Both the position numbers and the translations under genes were made by a program. From Eledone cirrhosa (taxonomy: Eukaryota), in the NCBI GenBank assembly GCA_964016885.1, contig OZ024750.1:51336001-51400000 (forward strand): a stretch of DNA of 64,000 nucleotides, written 5' to 3'. The notes below the pieces were generated by a model. It made no database searches. It saw only the letters and a list, made by a program, of their open reading frames with translations, and was not told where the DNA came from. Positions within the stretch are counted from its first letter, which is position 1. Every line of letters starts with the position of its first letter. Below are positions 25,504 to 39,698 of the stretch, piece by piece.

Positions 25504-25677
25504 TATATATATATCCTAACACGTGTGCTTCCTCTCCACATTTTATTATTATATATATATATGGTAATAATAATAAATTTGAAGATTAAAATCCAAAGAG
25601 GGCTCGATAAGGATAAATATATATCAAGTATATAAGAACCGTAGAGCAAATATTTATTAAAATAACAGATTAAAGTT

Positions 25678-25837
25678 TAAGCAAAGAATCGTTGCTTTCA
25701 CCCTTAACGGGATCTTCTGAGTGTCAGAAGATCCCGTTAAGGGTGAAAGCAGCGATTCTTTGCTTTATTTGTTGAGTGCTTTATATCAGTTATAAAAATG
25801 TTTGCTTGTTGTATCCCAACAATTTAAATAGAACTTT

Positions 25838-25840
<3 letters not shown>
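25678..25840 (+). mobile_element. Short hairpin (25678-25766) plus a family-E-like tail
   Basis: About 42-bp arms around a small loop. HHR-like CAGAAGA t ccc gttaa ggg t GAAA. The tail resembles the reverse complement of 14502-14573. Confidence 0.65.
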
Positions 25841-25884
<44 letters not shown>

Positions 25885-25958
25885 TTATATAGACAGATAG
25901 AGAGATATAGATGTGAATCTATATAAAGGTATACGTACATATACATATACATATATGA

Positions 25959-26014
<56 letters not shown>

Positions 26015-26015
26015 G

Positions 26016-26101
<86 letters not shown>

Positions 26102-26142
26102 CGAAACATAAGTCAATTGCATGAACTCATAATCCTTTATTT

Positions 26143-26198
26143 ACTGCTATATATATTTCGATGATAGCCATTGAATGGCTATGACCTCATCAGGCAGT
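26143..26198 (-). ncRNA. Type I hammerhead ribozyme, intact core
   Basis: Reverse complement: actgc CTGATGA ggtcatagccat tca atggctatcatc GAA ATATATAT A^ gcagt. Lies ~45 nt from (TA)n. Confidence 0.85.
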
Positions 26199-26540
26199 TA
26201 GTCAGTTCTTAGATATGCCAGCTCTGGGTTTATGGTGTTGTGGTATCAGAGCCTTGGGACATATGACCTTGTTAGGAATAATTTAATGTTGTCAGCAGGA
26301 ATTTTTTTAATTCTCATTGGTCAGTTTGTAGATGCAGGTAGGGTTGGTATTTGACCTCGAAGAGGCAGGTGGTGTTGTAAAGTTCAAACCGACAGGCAAG
26401 ATGACAATAGTTCCATATGACTGATTTTCACAAAAAGCATTCCTGGTCAGATATATATTCAATTGACGTTTATAGTATGAAATTCGATACTACAGGTCAT
26501 ATATGACGGCGATGAATTTGTTTTGCGAGGTTTTTGAAAA

Positions 26541-26821
26541 AATGGCATAGATATACAATACAACAGGAGGAATATAATAGTACCACTGATGATGTTGCAG
26601 ATGTGCAACGAAAGAATTTTGTTAGACTATATATAAGTGTTTATATATATATATCTGTATTTTTGACCGTTGGTCATTCAATGGTAAACATTGAGGACCG
26701 AATGAATTAACTGTGGAGATATAAAATATACAGAAGCGAAAACCAACCAAACAGTGAATGGCTTCTGTTATTATTTCTGGCAATATTATTACAACAATAT
26801 GACCCTCCCCAAGTATAACAA
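26541..26821 (+). mobile_element. Family C solo 3' end; HHR at 26583-26622
   Basis: Homologous to 8110-8399. CTGATGA t gttgca gatg tgcaac GAAA. Confidence 0.85.
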
Positions 26822-27087
26822 TATAGTTATATATATCTGTATATTTATATATATGCAGCGAAATCTGCCCACGCCTTGAACCCTGGGTGACACCTAAAAG
26901 TCAAATTCTAGGGCACCACCCTTTTGGCGTGGACAGATTCATGTGTGAGCGATCCCTCGAGGCGGGAGAGGGAAAGCGACAGGTATAAACAGTCTGTATC
27001 ATCCCACGTCTAACACACAGATTCACTGCTATCTACAGGCCGCTGAGGTCTACAGACAACCACAGACCATTACTCTCTCTCTCTCTC

Positions 27088-27151
<64 letters not shown>

Positions 27152-27321
27152 GGTCTAGACTAGCCTCATGAACCAACAACAAAATAATATTGTCAACCTT
27201 CGCAACTCGTGGTAACTTGTTTATTGTTCTTTTTGACTGAATTGAAGTAAACCTTTTTATATATAAAGTAAATCAGCTATTCTTATGATTTCATCTAACA
27301 ATCACTACTAATACACTTCGT

Positions 27322-27375
<54 letters not shown>

Positions 27376-27532
27376 AATTAATAAAAATAATGAATAAAAA
27401 CAAAGAAACAGTTCCTTATATTAAAAAATTCATCATTTTACGATCGTTTCTAGGATATATATGTTTGTGTTGGTATGTATATCATATAGATCTATGTAAA
27501 TCTTTTACAAACTATCAGAGGGAATATACATA

Positions 27533-27583
<51 letters not shown>

Positions 27584-27705
27584 ATATATATATCCAAAAT
27601 TAATTAAATTAAATTAAATTGAGGGAGTCATGTCCGAGACATGCGCCATATCCACCGTAGAATAAGCTCAAAGATTCCAATGAATAGATCCGAGCATTTT
27701 ATATC

Positions 27706-28187
27706 AACTAGATTGATTGACATATATATATTTTAAAAAAACACATGAAACAATCACAGGGGATAATTTGTAAAGGGTGTAATCACACATAGCTAGGTAG
27801 GTAACTAATTAAAGTTTAACTTGAGCTTCAAATATTACCTTTAAAAAATGATTAATCTTCCTTGTATATATTTCTTGTATATATTTCACAGTAGTCAAAA
27901 CTCGGACTCATTTGATGTGTAAACACAGATAGTTAAATCTTTTCCCTTGCTGAAGATCCGGTTTGACTACTTTGACTTTACGGATTAATGGTGAAATATA
28001 TTTCTTTAATGAAATATATACAAGGAAGATTAATTATTTTTTAAAAGGTAATATTAGAAGCTCTAGTTAAACTTTAATTAGTTACCTACCTAGCTATGTG
28101 TGATTACACACTTTACAAATTATCCCCTGTTATTGTTTCATGTGTTTATTTTCAATATATATATATGTCAATCAACTTCTAGTTGAT
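27706..28187. mobile_element. Inverted-repeat insertion; rearranged HHR at 27945-28025
   Basis: Arms ~27706-27900 / 27962-28187. ccttg CTGAAGA ... GAA ATATAT A^ caagg. Confidence 0.7.
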
Positions 28188-28228
28188 ATATATATGTGTG
28201 TGTGTGTGCGTATGTGTGTACATATATA

Positions 28229-28271
<43 letters not shown>

Positions 28272-28275
<4 letters not shown>

Positions 28276-29089
28276 GCCGTATGGCGGACCGTTTTGCCGA
28301 ACATTTGAGGGACATCAGACTCGGTTTGGATACTCCTGTCGCCCGTAATTTCTGTTCTCCTGGTCATTCTTCCCTACATGTTTCAGTCCTGGGTGTCCTT
28401 TGACATCATGGATCACAGGCCTCGCGCACCAGGACTGAACAAAGTCTGATTCACTGCCTTGGGTCCTATTCCCCTCTTGGACTCAACTGACCTCCCCAAT
28501 TTCTCTAATACCCCGTCCATTATCACACCCCTATTTTCATATCGCTTTCTCTTGATCATTCGCACCTTCTCTTACAACTAATACATGCTGATACATACTT
28601 TTACTTATAGCTTCGTAATTACATGTACACACACTCTTTTACTCACATATACACAGTCATTTTTTTTTAGCTTCGTACAGACTTATAATAACACACACAC
28701 ACACACACATACACTGACACAGATACACACACACAAACACAAGCTTACGCAAGTACTCAAGTTTAGCTCTTTTTACAAAACGGTTTATTTTCCATTTCAG
28801 GTAGACGCGCTCCATCATCCACTTTTCTAAAAAACAAATCATACACAAAACGCTAGCACCAATAGTTTTGCAAGAGATGTCAACATGAATGGACCTGTTA
28901 TTTTTATCTAAAAACATTTTTCCAATTCCATCCCGCCCATCCCCTTAATCTATTTTATTTCTCATTCTTTCTTCTGATGTAGGACTAGCGTCCGAAACGT
29001 TAAGACCCTCTTCCTGCTATATCAAGCGTTAACCTAATATATACCTTCCATATACTGTACCCATTGTGTTGTTTCTGTTTACCTTTTAC
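28272..29089 (+). mobile_element. 5'-truncated PLE, family B: GIY-YIG C-terminus, 3' UTR and HHR at 28970-29005
   Basis: Translates to RRMADRFAEHLRDIR...TPVARNFCSPGHS...EQSLIHCLGSYSPLGLN*. HHR as at 5708 but with A9U. (TA)n on both sides. Confidence 0.85.
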
Positions 29090-29223
29090 ATATATATATA
29101 TATATATAATGGAAAAATTTGAACAGGAACAAAACAGAGAGGCAGTACAACGAATGTTTATTAATTTCACGCTCTGGAGAGTGGGGTGTTGGTGGGGTAT
29201 ATATATATGTATGAGTGTGTATT

Positions 29224-29258
<35 letters not shown>

Positions 29259-29553
29259 GTGGGTGGGGGTGCGGTGTATACGTACTTACAAATACAAACA
29301 TATACACAGATCTATCTATGTATGTATATTTACATATATATATACGTATGTGAGTATGTGCACATGTGTGTGTTTATGCATTTTTAAGATGATAAAAGTA
29401 TTTTTATTACTTTGGAAGGTTTGAGCGAAGATTTTCTTTTTCTCAAGAGAACTTCCTGCAGGCAGTTTGTTATTTACAATTATATACAAGATATCTTTAT
29501 CTCCATATAGTCATGTGTGGGGGGGGGGGGGGGTATGTGTGTGCGTCTGTATA

Positions 29554-29584
<31 letters not shown>

Positions 29585-29748
29585 TTGTGTGTGTACATGT
29601 GTGTGTAAATGTGTGTGCGCGTGTCTGTCTGTATGTATTTGTGTGTTTGTGTTGAAAGAGAGAGAGTGTGTGAAGGGGGAGGTGTATGTGTGTGCGTATA
29701 GATGTGTGTATGTGTCTGCATGTATGTGTGTTTGTGTGTTTGTGTAAG

Positions 29749-29808
<60 letters not shown>

Positions 29809-29873
29809 GGGTATGTGTGTGCGTGTAGATGTGTGTATGTGTCTGTCTGTATGTGTTTGTGTGTTTGTGTAAG

Positions 29874-29951
<78 letters not shown>

Positions 29952-30009
29952 GGAGTATGTGTCTGTGTGTAGATGTGTGTATGTGTCTGTCTGTATGTGT
30001 TTGTGTAAG

Positions 30010-30054
<45 letters not shown>

Positions 30055-30340
30055 GGGGGTATGTGTGTGCGTGTAGATGTGTTTATGTGTCTGTCTATAT
30101 GTGTTTGTGTGTTTGTGTAAGTGTAAGTGAGACAGAGAGAGAGAGAGTGGGGGAGTATGTGTCTGTGTGTAGATGTGTGTATGTGTCTGTCTGTAACAGT
30201 CTGTGTGATTGTGTATGAGAGAGAGAGAGAGTATGTGTGTGTGTGCGTGTCCGTGTGTGTCTGTTTATGTGTCTGTGTGAGTGTGGGAGAGATATTGCAT
30301 GTCCATATATATTCTATCAAAGTATTATTTGTAATAATAA

Positions 30341-30945
30341 GGGCGGTGGATTGGCAGTATGGGTAGAGGGTCGGACGCCATGCTTTCCAGCATAGTTACG
30401 TCCCTTTACGATCTGAGTTCAAATCCCGCCGAGGTTGACTTTGCCTTTCATCCTTACGGGGTCGATAAAATAAAGTACCAGTAATGCACTGGGTAATTGC
30501 TGGCCTTGTGCTAAACGTAGAAACAATTATTTGTAATAATAAGGGCGGTGGATTGGCAGTATCGGTAGGGGGTCGGACGCCATGCTTTCTAGCATAGAGT
30601 TACGGCCCTTGCTATTCTGATTTCAAATCCCGCCGAGGTTAACTTTGCCTTTCATCCTTACGGGGTCGATAAAATAAAGTACCAGTAATGCACTGGGTAA
30701 TTGCTGGCCTTGTGCTAAACGTAGAAACAATTATTTGTAATAATAAGGGCGGTGGATTGGCAGTATCGGTAGGGGGTCGGACGCAATGCTTTGCAGCATA
30801 GAGTTAGCTCCCTTTACAGACTGAGTTCAAATCCCGCCGAGGTTAACTTTGCTTTTCATCCTTACGGGGTCGATAAAATAAAGTACCAGTAATGCACTGG
30901 TTAATTGTTGGACTTGTGCCAAACGTAGAAACAATTATTTGTAAT
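30341..30945 (+). mobile_element. Three head-to-tail tRNA-type SINE copies
   Basis: Starts at 30341, 30543 and 30747. A-box-like tggcagtatcgg, B-box gttcaaatcc, core ttgcctttcatccttacggggtcgataaaataaagtaccag. Confidence 0.9.
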
Positions 30946-31374
30946 AATTGTTTCTACTTTTGACACAAGGCCAGCAATTATCCCAGTGCATTACTTGTAA
31001 AACATCTGATTTGGTAGAAATTATATATGTATCCATAGGGAGATGGATTAGAAGTATCGGTAGAGAGCTAGGCACCATGAAGCCTTGCACATACGTCGAC
31101 TCAACAAGCAAATAAATAATAGATTAGAACTCAGCACACAGTACTTGACATAAAAAGACTCACCCACCGCACCCACAGGCACACAACTAAACATCTCATA
31201 CAGAAAAGGAAATTTATTTCGTGAAATACTAAATTGGCAATTGACGTCATTCCCGTGGAAAGCGAAGTAACCCTCGAAAAATGCTTGAAAACGACTTAGA
31301 AAAATTGTTAATCAAAATCAAACGTTTATCCCAAAGAGAGGAAATTGAAACGTTATCCACTGAAGGTTCTTTAG

Positions 31375-31412
31375 ACCCTGATGAAGGGACTTTTAGGTCC
31401 CGAATTATTGGA
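31375..31412 (+). ncRNA. Degenerate minimal hammerhead motif
   Basis: cc CTGATGA a gggac ttttag gtccc GAA TTAT T gg, with A15.1 changed. TA-rich end ~120 nt downstream. Confidence 0.55.
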
Positions 31413-31810
31413 CAGATAAAAGAACAACAACAACAACAACAACAAAACAAAGATTACCAGGTAACTTTTACTTTTCGTTACCTCATCTTACAGTCCATTT
31501 TGTATTGTTTAGCCTTCTATATCTTTTAACGTTATATATTATATACAATGCGTCAAGCAAACTATAACATTATATATATGTATATATATATATATACATA
31601 TATATATATAATTGGAAATCAGTAAAATAGAATCTCTGGCGGTTTGCAAGTAAATTCGGCCTACTTATATGAAATGATGAGTTAGCAAAGCACTCGATAA
31701 GATAGGACCTCAGAGTAATAACATACGTTTAAATAGCTTGAGAAATCGAACATTGTGGTAGGCGAAACTAACACACAATACGTACCAAAGAAACGATAGA
31801 ACTAATCAGG

Positions 31811-31872
<62 letters not shown>

Positions 31873-31875
<3 letters not shown>

Positions 31876-32178
31876 CCAGTAAGACCCCGACAGCTGAGCT
31901 CAAGCCGTTTCGACGGCTAATTCTGGACTAAATGAAAATTTATCCTGGTATTTAAATAGCCGATCTTCTCAAGAGGTAATTCCATATGGAATTACCCCTT
32001 GAGAAGATCGGCTATTTAAATACCAGGATAAATTTTCATTTAGTCCAGAATTAGCCGTCGAAACGGCTTGAGCTCAGCTGTCGGGGTCTTACTGGTTCCT
32101 ATTACCCACTCTACTACCTCAAGTATTGATTACTTTGGTGCGTTATGGTCCACCTGGTTCCTTACCACATTTCCTTCG

Positions 32179-32181
<3 letters not shown>
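31873..32181 (+). mobile_element. Family A: 226-bp spacerless palindrome plus tail; U3-A8 HHR candidate at 31995-32072
   Basis: Axis at 31985/31986. TTGAGAA gatcggcta...tagccgtc GAAAC GGCT T^ gag. Confidence 0.85.
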
Positions 32182-32247
<66 letters not shown>

Positions 32248-33065
32248 TATTGAAGTTTCCGCTGAAAATTGAAAAAGTCATAGGAGTGAAGAGTGCTCTA
32301 TGTAAGTACCAGAGCTAAATTTAATGTATAATAAACAATACAATATAATTACCTCATTACCAGAGGTTTCCCGAATAAGACGAATACAAGAAACGTCATC
32401 TTTCGTTCGTCGGACAAGGCAATTTAAAATATAGTGAAATATTTGAAAAATCTCCTCAAGAAAGCCAAAAGTTTAACGGGCAAAAAAAAAATATATATAA
32501 AAGTAATGCAAGAGATATATAAAAATAAAATAAGGAAATATAGTTAGGGTATGTGTATAAATGTGTGCATATTCACTCACAAATACATATGTACATATGT
32601 GTGTATTAAGAAATGCATGTGTATAGTGAAAAAATGTTTGCTTAAGTAGATATATGAGGGCAAGCATAACAGTGTATGTGTGACCACAAATACGTATGTA
32701 ATATATGTTGAAAAAGAAATTGTAAGATAATAGAGTTAACGTACATCCAGAGTCAGGTACTAAGGATTGAAATATATACACATACAAGTATGAAAGCACG
32801 CGTATAAACACACACACACTCGCAACCACATACATGCGAGGAGTGATATATACAGGGTAGGGTAGTAGAGTGGGAAATAGGAAAAAGTATGACCCCGACG
32901 GCAGAGCTCAAGCCGTTTCGACGGCTATTTCTGGACTGAGTGTGCAAGGCTTCATGGTGCCTGGCTCTCTACCGATACTGCTAATCCACCTGAGTCTAGA
33001 AATAGCCGTCGAAACGGCTGGAGCTCTGCTGTTGGGTCGTACCTTTTCCTATATACATATATATA

Positions 33066-34329
33066 TATTGTTATACTTGGGGAAGGTCATATTTGTGTAA
33101 TATTGCCAGAATTAATAACAGAACACACTCACTGTTTGGTTGGTTTTCGCTTTTCGCTTCTGTGTCTTTTATATCGGTAATCTAACTTACTCGGTCCTCA
33201 ATGTTGCCATTGACTGACCAACGGTCAAAAATAATACAGATACAATATAGATACAAACACATATATATAGTTTATCAAAGTTCTTTCGTTGCACATCTGC
33301 AACATCGTCAGTGCTGCTATTGTTTCCTCCCGTTACATTGTATGTCTATGCCATCTTTATTTAGTACCCAAGTATAACAATATTTGTTTCGACACACGAT
33401 TTCATATAAAAAACCTCGCAAAACTAATTCATATATATATATATATATATATATATTTCGTTTCTGAATTTGTTTAGCAAGATTCTTTATCTGAAATCGT
33501 GTGTTGAAACCGTTATTGTTATACTTTGGGAGGGTCATGTTGCCAATAAGAAACACACGCACCAGTTGTTTTTACTTCAATTTATTATTATAATAAATTT
33601 ATAATAAATTTATAAATTTATGGTTGGTTGGTTCCACAACCAGATAGTTGTTTATATATTGTCATAGTTCTTTCGTCACACACTCTGTGACCTCTTCAGT
33701 GACTGGGGATTCCTTTCTTTGTTTCTGTGCCTCTCCTTTGTTCTGTCCTACGCCATTTTGTTTCTGTGTGTGCGTTGTGTGCTCAGTCTGCGCATGCGCC
33801 ACATCCGGGTGTCTGTGTGTGTTTATGTTCATTTATTTATTTGTTTATTTACATGTTACTGGTTGGTTGTTTGTTCTATGTGTGTGTGTGTTTTCATTTT
33901 GTCCTTAATTGTAAGTTGTGATGTTGCTGTTCCACTCATATTTTCTATTTAATTTTGGTTGTAATTCTTTTATGTTTATTGCCTCTGTAATTTGTCTAAA
34001 CATTGCGTCTTTTCTGTGTGTAGATTCTATTTTTACTTCTATGTTCTCTAATTTACCCTTGTGTTCTATTTTAGCATGTTGGTAGAGTACAGATGATTCT
34101 TTACTATATTGAAGTTCTCGCCAGTGTTCATTTATCCGTTCCTCTACACTACGAGCTGTCTCACCTATGTACACTATATTTTTGTCTCTACATTGTCCTT
34201 CGGTACATCTTATGCTATACACTACACTTCTAGTTTTACAGTTAATATGGGGGCTTATTTTACAGGTTATACATTTCTTATCTATACATGAGGGTCTTTG
34301 AAAAGGGTATGTCTTGCTAATAAGTGTTT

Positions 34330-34332
<3 letters not shown>
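33066..34332 (-). mobile_element. Family C cluster: subfamily 1 3' end (33066-33356) and subfamily 2 element with endonuclease fragment (33905-34332)
   Basis: Translates to KTYPF..C..KKCITC...CKTRSVVYSIRC...YIGETARS...LNRKYEW. HHRs at 33275-33313 and 33661-33703 (gtca CTGAAGA g gtcaca gagtg tgtgac GAA AGAACT A^ tgac). Confidence 0.9.
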
Positions 34333-34379
<47 letters not shown>

Positions 34380-34830
34380 TAGACGGACAGAGAGAGCCTG
34401 TTGAGGTTACCTTTCGGAATTGACTGCAATGTAACTCTCCGTTCATTAGGTGCTCCGCGCCATCTTATTATTATATGCAAACTTATTCTTAGTTAAATAA
34501 ATCATACTCAGACAGGCTAGGAGATTTAACAAAAGCAGGAAATTAAATTGAAGAGTTGAAAGCTTGTTACCAAGAATAATTCATATTTAATTAAAATATC
34601 GATTTCTAGTATAGGCAAAAGGTCATAGGAGTGGAGATGAGGAGGAAAGGAGTGCAGGTAAGGAACAGTGATGTAATCGAACTCAGTACATGAGTGGTAT
34701 TTACATTATTTTATCGATCCGCAGAAGATTGAGACATGACGTCGACTTGGGTTGTATTTCATTGTATAATATAAAGAGATCTTACTGAACAGGACACCTT
34801 ATTTCTTCCGGTCAACTATACAGTATATTA

Positions 34831-35138
34831 CAGGCATGGGCAACCTTTTTCGAGAAGAGGGCCGCATAAGATATGAATCATTGTCAGGCGAGCCGCAAAC
34901 TCTAGTTTACATTCGTCCCCACATTAAAAAAAGGCTGTAACTCAGGTTTGTATTGATTTGTTTCATCAGAATTCGTGCACGTTGTTTTCCTCGATCTTAA
35001 AAATGATAGAAAGATAAATTACGACTGAAAAGTTGGGGTAAAAAATTCAGAAAGATTTCACTTAGGGGACTTAGGTGAGCCATTGAGAAAGCTTCTCAGG
35101 GTGCATGCGGCCCGCAGGAAGCAGGTTGCCCATGACTG
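34831..35138. mobile_element. hAT-family MITE
   Basis: TIRs caggcatgggcaacct / aggttgcccatgactg. 8-bp TSD gtatatta / gtctatta. Confidence 0.85.
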
Positions 35139-36625
35139 GTCTATTATCTACTGGCTTTATTTATAAATTGAATAATTTTATGGATATAGCATGGCCGCAT
35201 GGTTAAGAAGTTTCCCTCGCAATCACATATTCCCGAGTGTGTTCGGTTCTAGTGTGAATGTCTTGATCAAGTGTCATTTAACCATAACTCCAGCATGATC
35301 TAAGCCTTGGGAGAGAATTGGGGTAGAGAGGGACTGTTTCAAAGTCATTGGGGTCACATGAACATTAATCAAAATATCAGTCTTGTCACACATTATATGA
35401 AGCTTCTGACTTCGAATTACATTGAGAGTACACGTGACTGCGGAATGCTGAGCTACTTGTACGTTAACCCTAACCCTAACCCTAGCCCTACCACCTTGCT
35501 AATGGGTATTTATAGTGGAATTCACTCTTGTGCAATCATTTAGACATAGGTGATTAGTTTGACGATACCTTCCTCCCTCAATCCATCCCAAAACAAAGGA
35601 ACGTGAAAAGAGATTTGGAGGATTACTTTCCCCTTCCCTTAATCAACAGTAAAATGAAATTCATGAGCAAGCTATTCCTGAGATCGAACAACCGAAACAG
35701 TCTCAGTAGAAACCGACGGAGGTCGATTCCATTCCAAATTATTCCTTGATAAATGAGAAGAAATAGATAAACAGTAATGTAAACTTAATGTTTTTGATTT
35801 TAATTAATATTTACAGACAACCCCAACCCTTTCTCATTATCTCATGAAAAACTAATATTTTCACTTTGTTATTGTTGTTATTATTGTTGTTGTCGTCAAT
35901 ATTTTTATAAGTATCTCAATTATCCAATTTATTTACGTAAATTATTTTTGAATCAGGAAAACACGAATTATAATATCGATTATTTATATTGATACAAAGA
36001 TTGGCATAATCAATGCGGTATTTAGTTACAGCCATTTATGGTATGGGTTCAATCTCCACTGCTGTCACCTTTCTTCTTCTTCCTTCTCGAGGCTCAATGA
36101 AATAAGCTCTAGTTTAGTTCTGGGGTCGATATATTCGACAATGTTTGATCCTCAGTATGCTTCGATGATGAACATTCAGTTGTTCAATCAACTAAACATT
36201 ATCGTTAAATTAGCGTGCAACTGATTGACTTAGTATTCCACTGACACGAGTAGCCTTAACATTATTCTCGTGCTGATCTTTACATTACAGATACAACCCC
36301 TCCAACAATTTTCTATTCAGTTTCTATCTTAAAACTTGTATCAACTCGATCAAAGATCAGTGAGAGATGTATATTGAGTAAAATGTTGGATTCAGCAATA
36401 ACAACATTAGTTTATTCTATTATTTTAATGGTTTCTGCCATTAGACAGCGGCCATGCTAGGACATCATCTTTATTTAGTCGATCATATCGACACCATTAC
36501 TTATTTTTTGAAGTCTAATACTTATGTTATCGATTTCTTTTTATTAAACACAGACACAAATATAAACATAGACACCCATATAAACTCACCCACACACTCA
36601 TATATATATATATATATATATATAT

Positions 36626-36818
36626 AACGGAGGAAATGTGGTAAGGAACCAGGTGGACCATAACGCACCAAAGTACTCAATACTTAGGGTAGTAGAGTGG
36701 GTAATAGGAACGAGTAGGACCCCGACGGCTGAGCTCAAGCCGTTTCGACGGCTAATTCGTCCAGAATTAGCCGTCGAAACGGCTTGAGCTCAGCCGTCGG
36801 GGTCCTACTCGTTCCTAT
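36626..36818 (-). mobile_element. Family A fold-back insertion
   Basis: Hairpin 36704-36818 plus tail 36626-36703, TA-flanked. Confidence 0.88.
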
Positions 36819-36827
36819 ATATATAGT

Positions 36828-36944
36828 TCAAGAAAAACAAGGCAAACACAGAGATACAATAATATAAAGTTTTATAGTTTCGCGCTGTCTGGTAAAGAAA
36901 AAGGAATATTTCAATGTCTCGGACATTAGTCCATCATCAGGAAA
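36828..36944 (-). mobile_element. PLE-type 3' end with degenerate HHR at 36909-36944
   Basis: Reverse complement: tttc CTGATGA t ggac taat gtcc GAGAC ATT gaaa, with downstream agcgcgaaactataaaa. Confidence 0.65.
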
Positions 36945-37304
36945 GACCAAAGTTCGAAGAAACAGGAGTTTGGAAATTTGGAGAAATGAAATTTTATTAG
37001 GATGAATGAGAAGGGTAAGCAAATAGTTCAGCATGTGGGAGTGAGGCCGAGGAGGAGAGTCTGGGTGCATCATTGGTGCCGTTATGTGTGTACAGATAGA
37101 TTGCATTTCGTGTGTGTCGTTGATGTTACTTGGTGAACTTCTACAGTATCCTAAGTCATTGGTCAACCCAAGGCAATATTAAAAAACACTTGACCAACGT
37201 AACCCACAGCAGAACTGAACTTAGAACCACATGGCTACAAACCGAACTCCTTAATCAGACAGCTATGTCTGCACCTGTAGTCACATAAAGCAACAGTTAA
37301 TAAT

Positions 37305-37692
37305 GTTTTCTACTTTTGACACAAGGCCAGCAATTACCCCAGTGCATTACTGGTGCTTTATTTTATCGACCCCGTAAGGATGAAAGGCAACGTTAACCTC
37401 GGCGGGATTTGAACTCGGAACATAAAGGGACATAACTCTATGCTTCATAGCATGGTGTCTGACGCTCTACTGATACTGCATGGCTTTTGATTTAGGCCCA
37501 AGGCCAACAATTTGGGGAAAGGGGAAAGTTGATTAAGTCGATCCCAGTGCGTTACTGGTACTTTATTTTATCGACCAAGTAAATATGAAAGGCAAGGCTA
37601 ATCGCGGCGGGATTTGAACTCAGAACGTAAAGGCACGTAACTATATGTCGTAAAGCATATTGGCCGACGATCTACCAATATTGTCAATCCCT
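37305..37692 (-). mobile_element. Two adjacent tRNA-type SINE copies
   Basis: Reverse complement of the SINE at 30341 (ggatttgaactc B-box, atgaaaggcaa core). Confidence 0.88.
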
Positions 37693-39259
37693 AAAATATT
37701 TGATAATATATAAAACTAACAAACAATACAGAACAAGTTAGGAAACAAGTACCGTGTCCCCAAACATCGACGGAAAACATTTGGTGATATGGATAACTCC
37801 TCTAATAGTTATCAATACTATTAGTCAGATCATAAATTGAAATGTCAGATTAAATATATATAAATAGTGGCTATCTTGAGTGACGACATTCTTTCCTTAA
37901 ATTATAAGGCACAATCTCTTATACACCAACGGTAATTCAGTGGAGGGCGCAGCCATATGCCTTCACTGAACTGCAAAGTATGTAAATGGCAATATTTACT
38001 TCTCACAGACGCAAGAGATATATACACAGTATTAAATGTCCGTTGATTCTTTTTATAAGTTTGTTTGATTTATTTGTCTTGTCTGTTTTGTTTTCTTTTT
38101 GGTTTGGTTTTTTTTTTGGGGGGGGGGGCTGTGAAGGGTATTTCATCTTACATGTTCTATAAAAAATCATCTTGTTTATCAAGAAGGTTTGGTGGGTTTG
38201 ACGGTTTAGTCGTCTACAGGTTGTATAAAAATTATCCTGTTTATCAATATTTGCCGGTTTAGTGACTGATGAGCCGAACACTGTATACTGATTCACATGG
38301 CAGAATAGACAGAGTATTGGACTCGGCATTTGTTCCGGTTCTCTGCGTTTCGAATCCAAATCCCGTCGAATTCAACTTGGCTTTTCCTCCTTTCTAAGTC
38401 GATGAATAAATTACCTGTATAAGGGCTGTAGATCGGTTAAAGTATTGAAAAGTTGACATCTCATCCGCCTTTATGCGTTCAAAGTTCAAATTCGTCCTCC
38501 TTCCGCCAGGAAATGTGACCGACGGATATTTTTAGCAATTGAAAGACCCAGAAAAATAGTTTTCCTTGGCTTGATCTGAGGATCGGCTTCTTTTCTTCTT
38601 TTGCTTTGTTTTGCTTTTTACAAAATGTATAATGATTTTTGAAAAACCTCAAAATTGCTATGAAACACAAATAAATCTCCATCTGGCCAAACACCATTGT
38701 AATCATTTGTATATCTTCTCCTACTCCAAAATATTAAAAAAAAAGTATTTTCATTGCGAATTACCATTGATATTTTACTTTCCATTAAAGATATGTGTTA
38801 GTTTGCGTTTTATTTTATGATTATGTACCTAGTTAAATACGAAATCTTTCAGCGAATAGATTCCTGCAAAGCAGTTCTATTTGTTGACATTTTAAGTATT
38901 ATAGTGTTTTATAAGCTTTCACTCTAGTTATATTGAATCAGTCCTGCAGAACAAAATTTTATTTCGTGGCAACAATAATGAATAGAATAAGATGACTGAT
39001 TCACAATCGATCGGGTCCATCAGTTCATATTCCATCAATGGGGTTTCAATAAGTGTCTCACTCTTGTTAAAATATTCCCAGTTAAGTACACAATTAGGAA
39101 AATGTGTCCAAACAAAGACATACTATGTCTACCGAAAAGGGAAAGTGTTGAATGGAGATCGCATTGTTAGCATTGCAAGCTAATGAAACACATCTATTTG
39201 AAACACTTGTTGCTATTTACAACTATAATCCAGTTTGATATTCCAGGCGAAAATCAAAT

Positions 39260-39307
<48 letters not shown>

Positions 39308-39698
39308 TGAGGAGAATTGAGTGCTGCGAGGTTGCACATGGGTTACATATGAAAGAAATTAGTCCTTCATCAGTGATTTTCCAACTATCATTGGTATTTC
39401 ATCGCTTTGAAAATCATATACCTCCAGTTGGTGCGAGCAATAGCTAAATAAAGCTATTGGGACAAGTAATATCGCCAAAAGCGAGCGAGACAAGTAAACA
39501 AACAAAAATGGTATAGCAACTGAAGGAGAGGAAGAAACAAGCACATGATATCTATTCAGCTTAAGCTGGGTGAATTTCATGGGCGAGAGAGATATACAGA
39601 CCATCCGACGTGGGTGAGGTGAGAGAGAAAGGACCCCACACAGGCAGAGAGAGGGGGGATAGATAGATAGATATATGGGGGGTGTTTGAGTGTGTATG

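Noticed and set aside
31281-31529. 82-aa ORF with poly-Q as a host exon
   Set aside because: It has no recognisable domain. It overlaps a (CAA)n tract and an HHR-like motif, which is more consistent with a retroelement UTR.
31873-32098. Palindromes as library or assembly fold-back artefacts
   Set aside because: The arms show mismatches, range from near-identical to diverged, and stop at family-specific boundaries. An artefact is still not excluded for any single case without reads.
35465-35490. (TAACCC)3-4 as a telomeric or healing site
   Set aside because: It is too short and has no supporting context. It may be the tail of the degenerate SINE at ~35190-35460.
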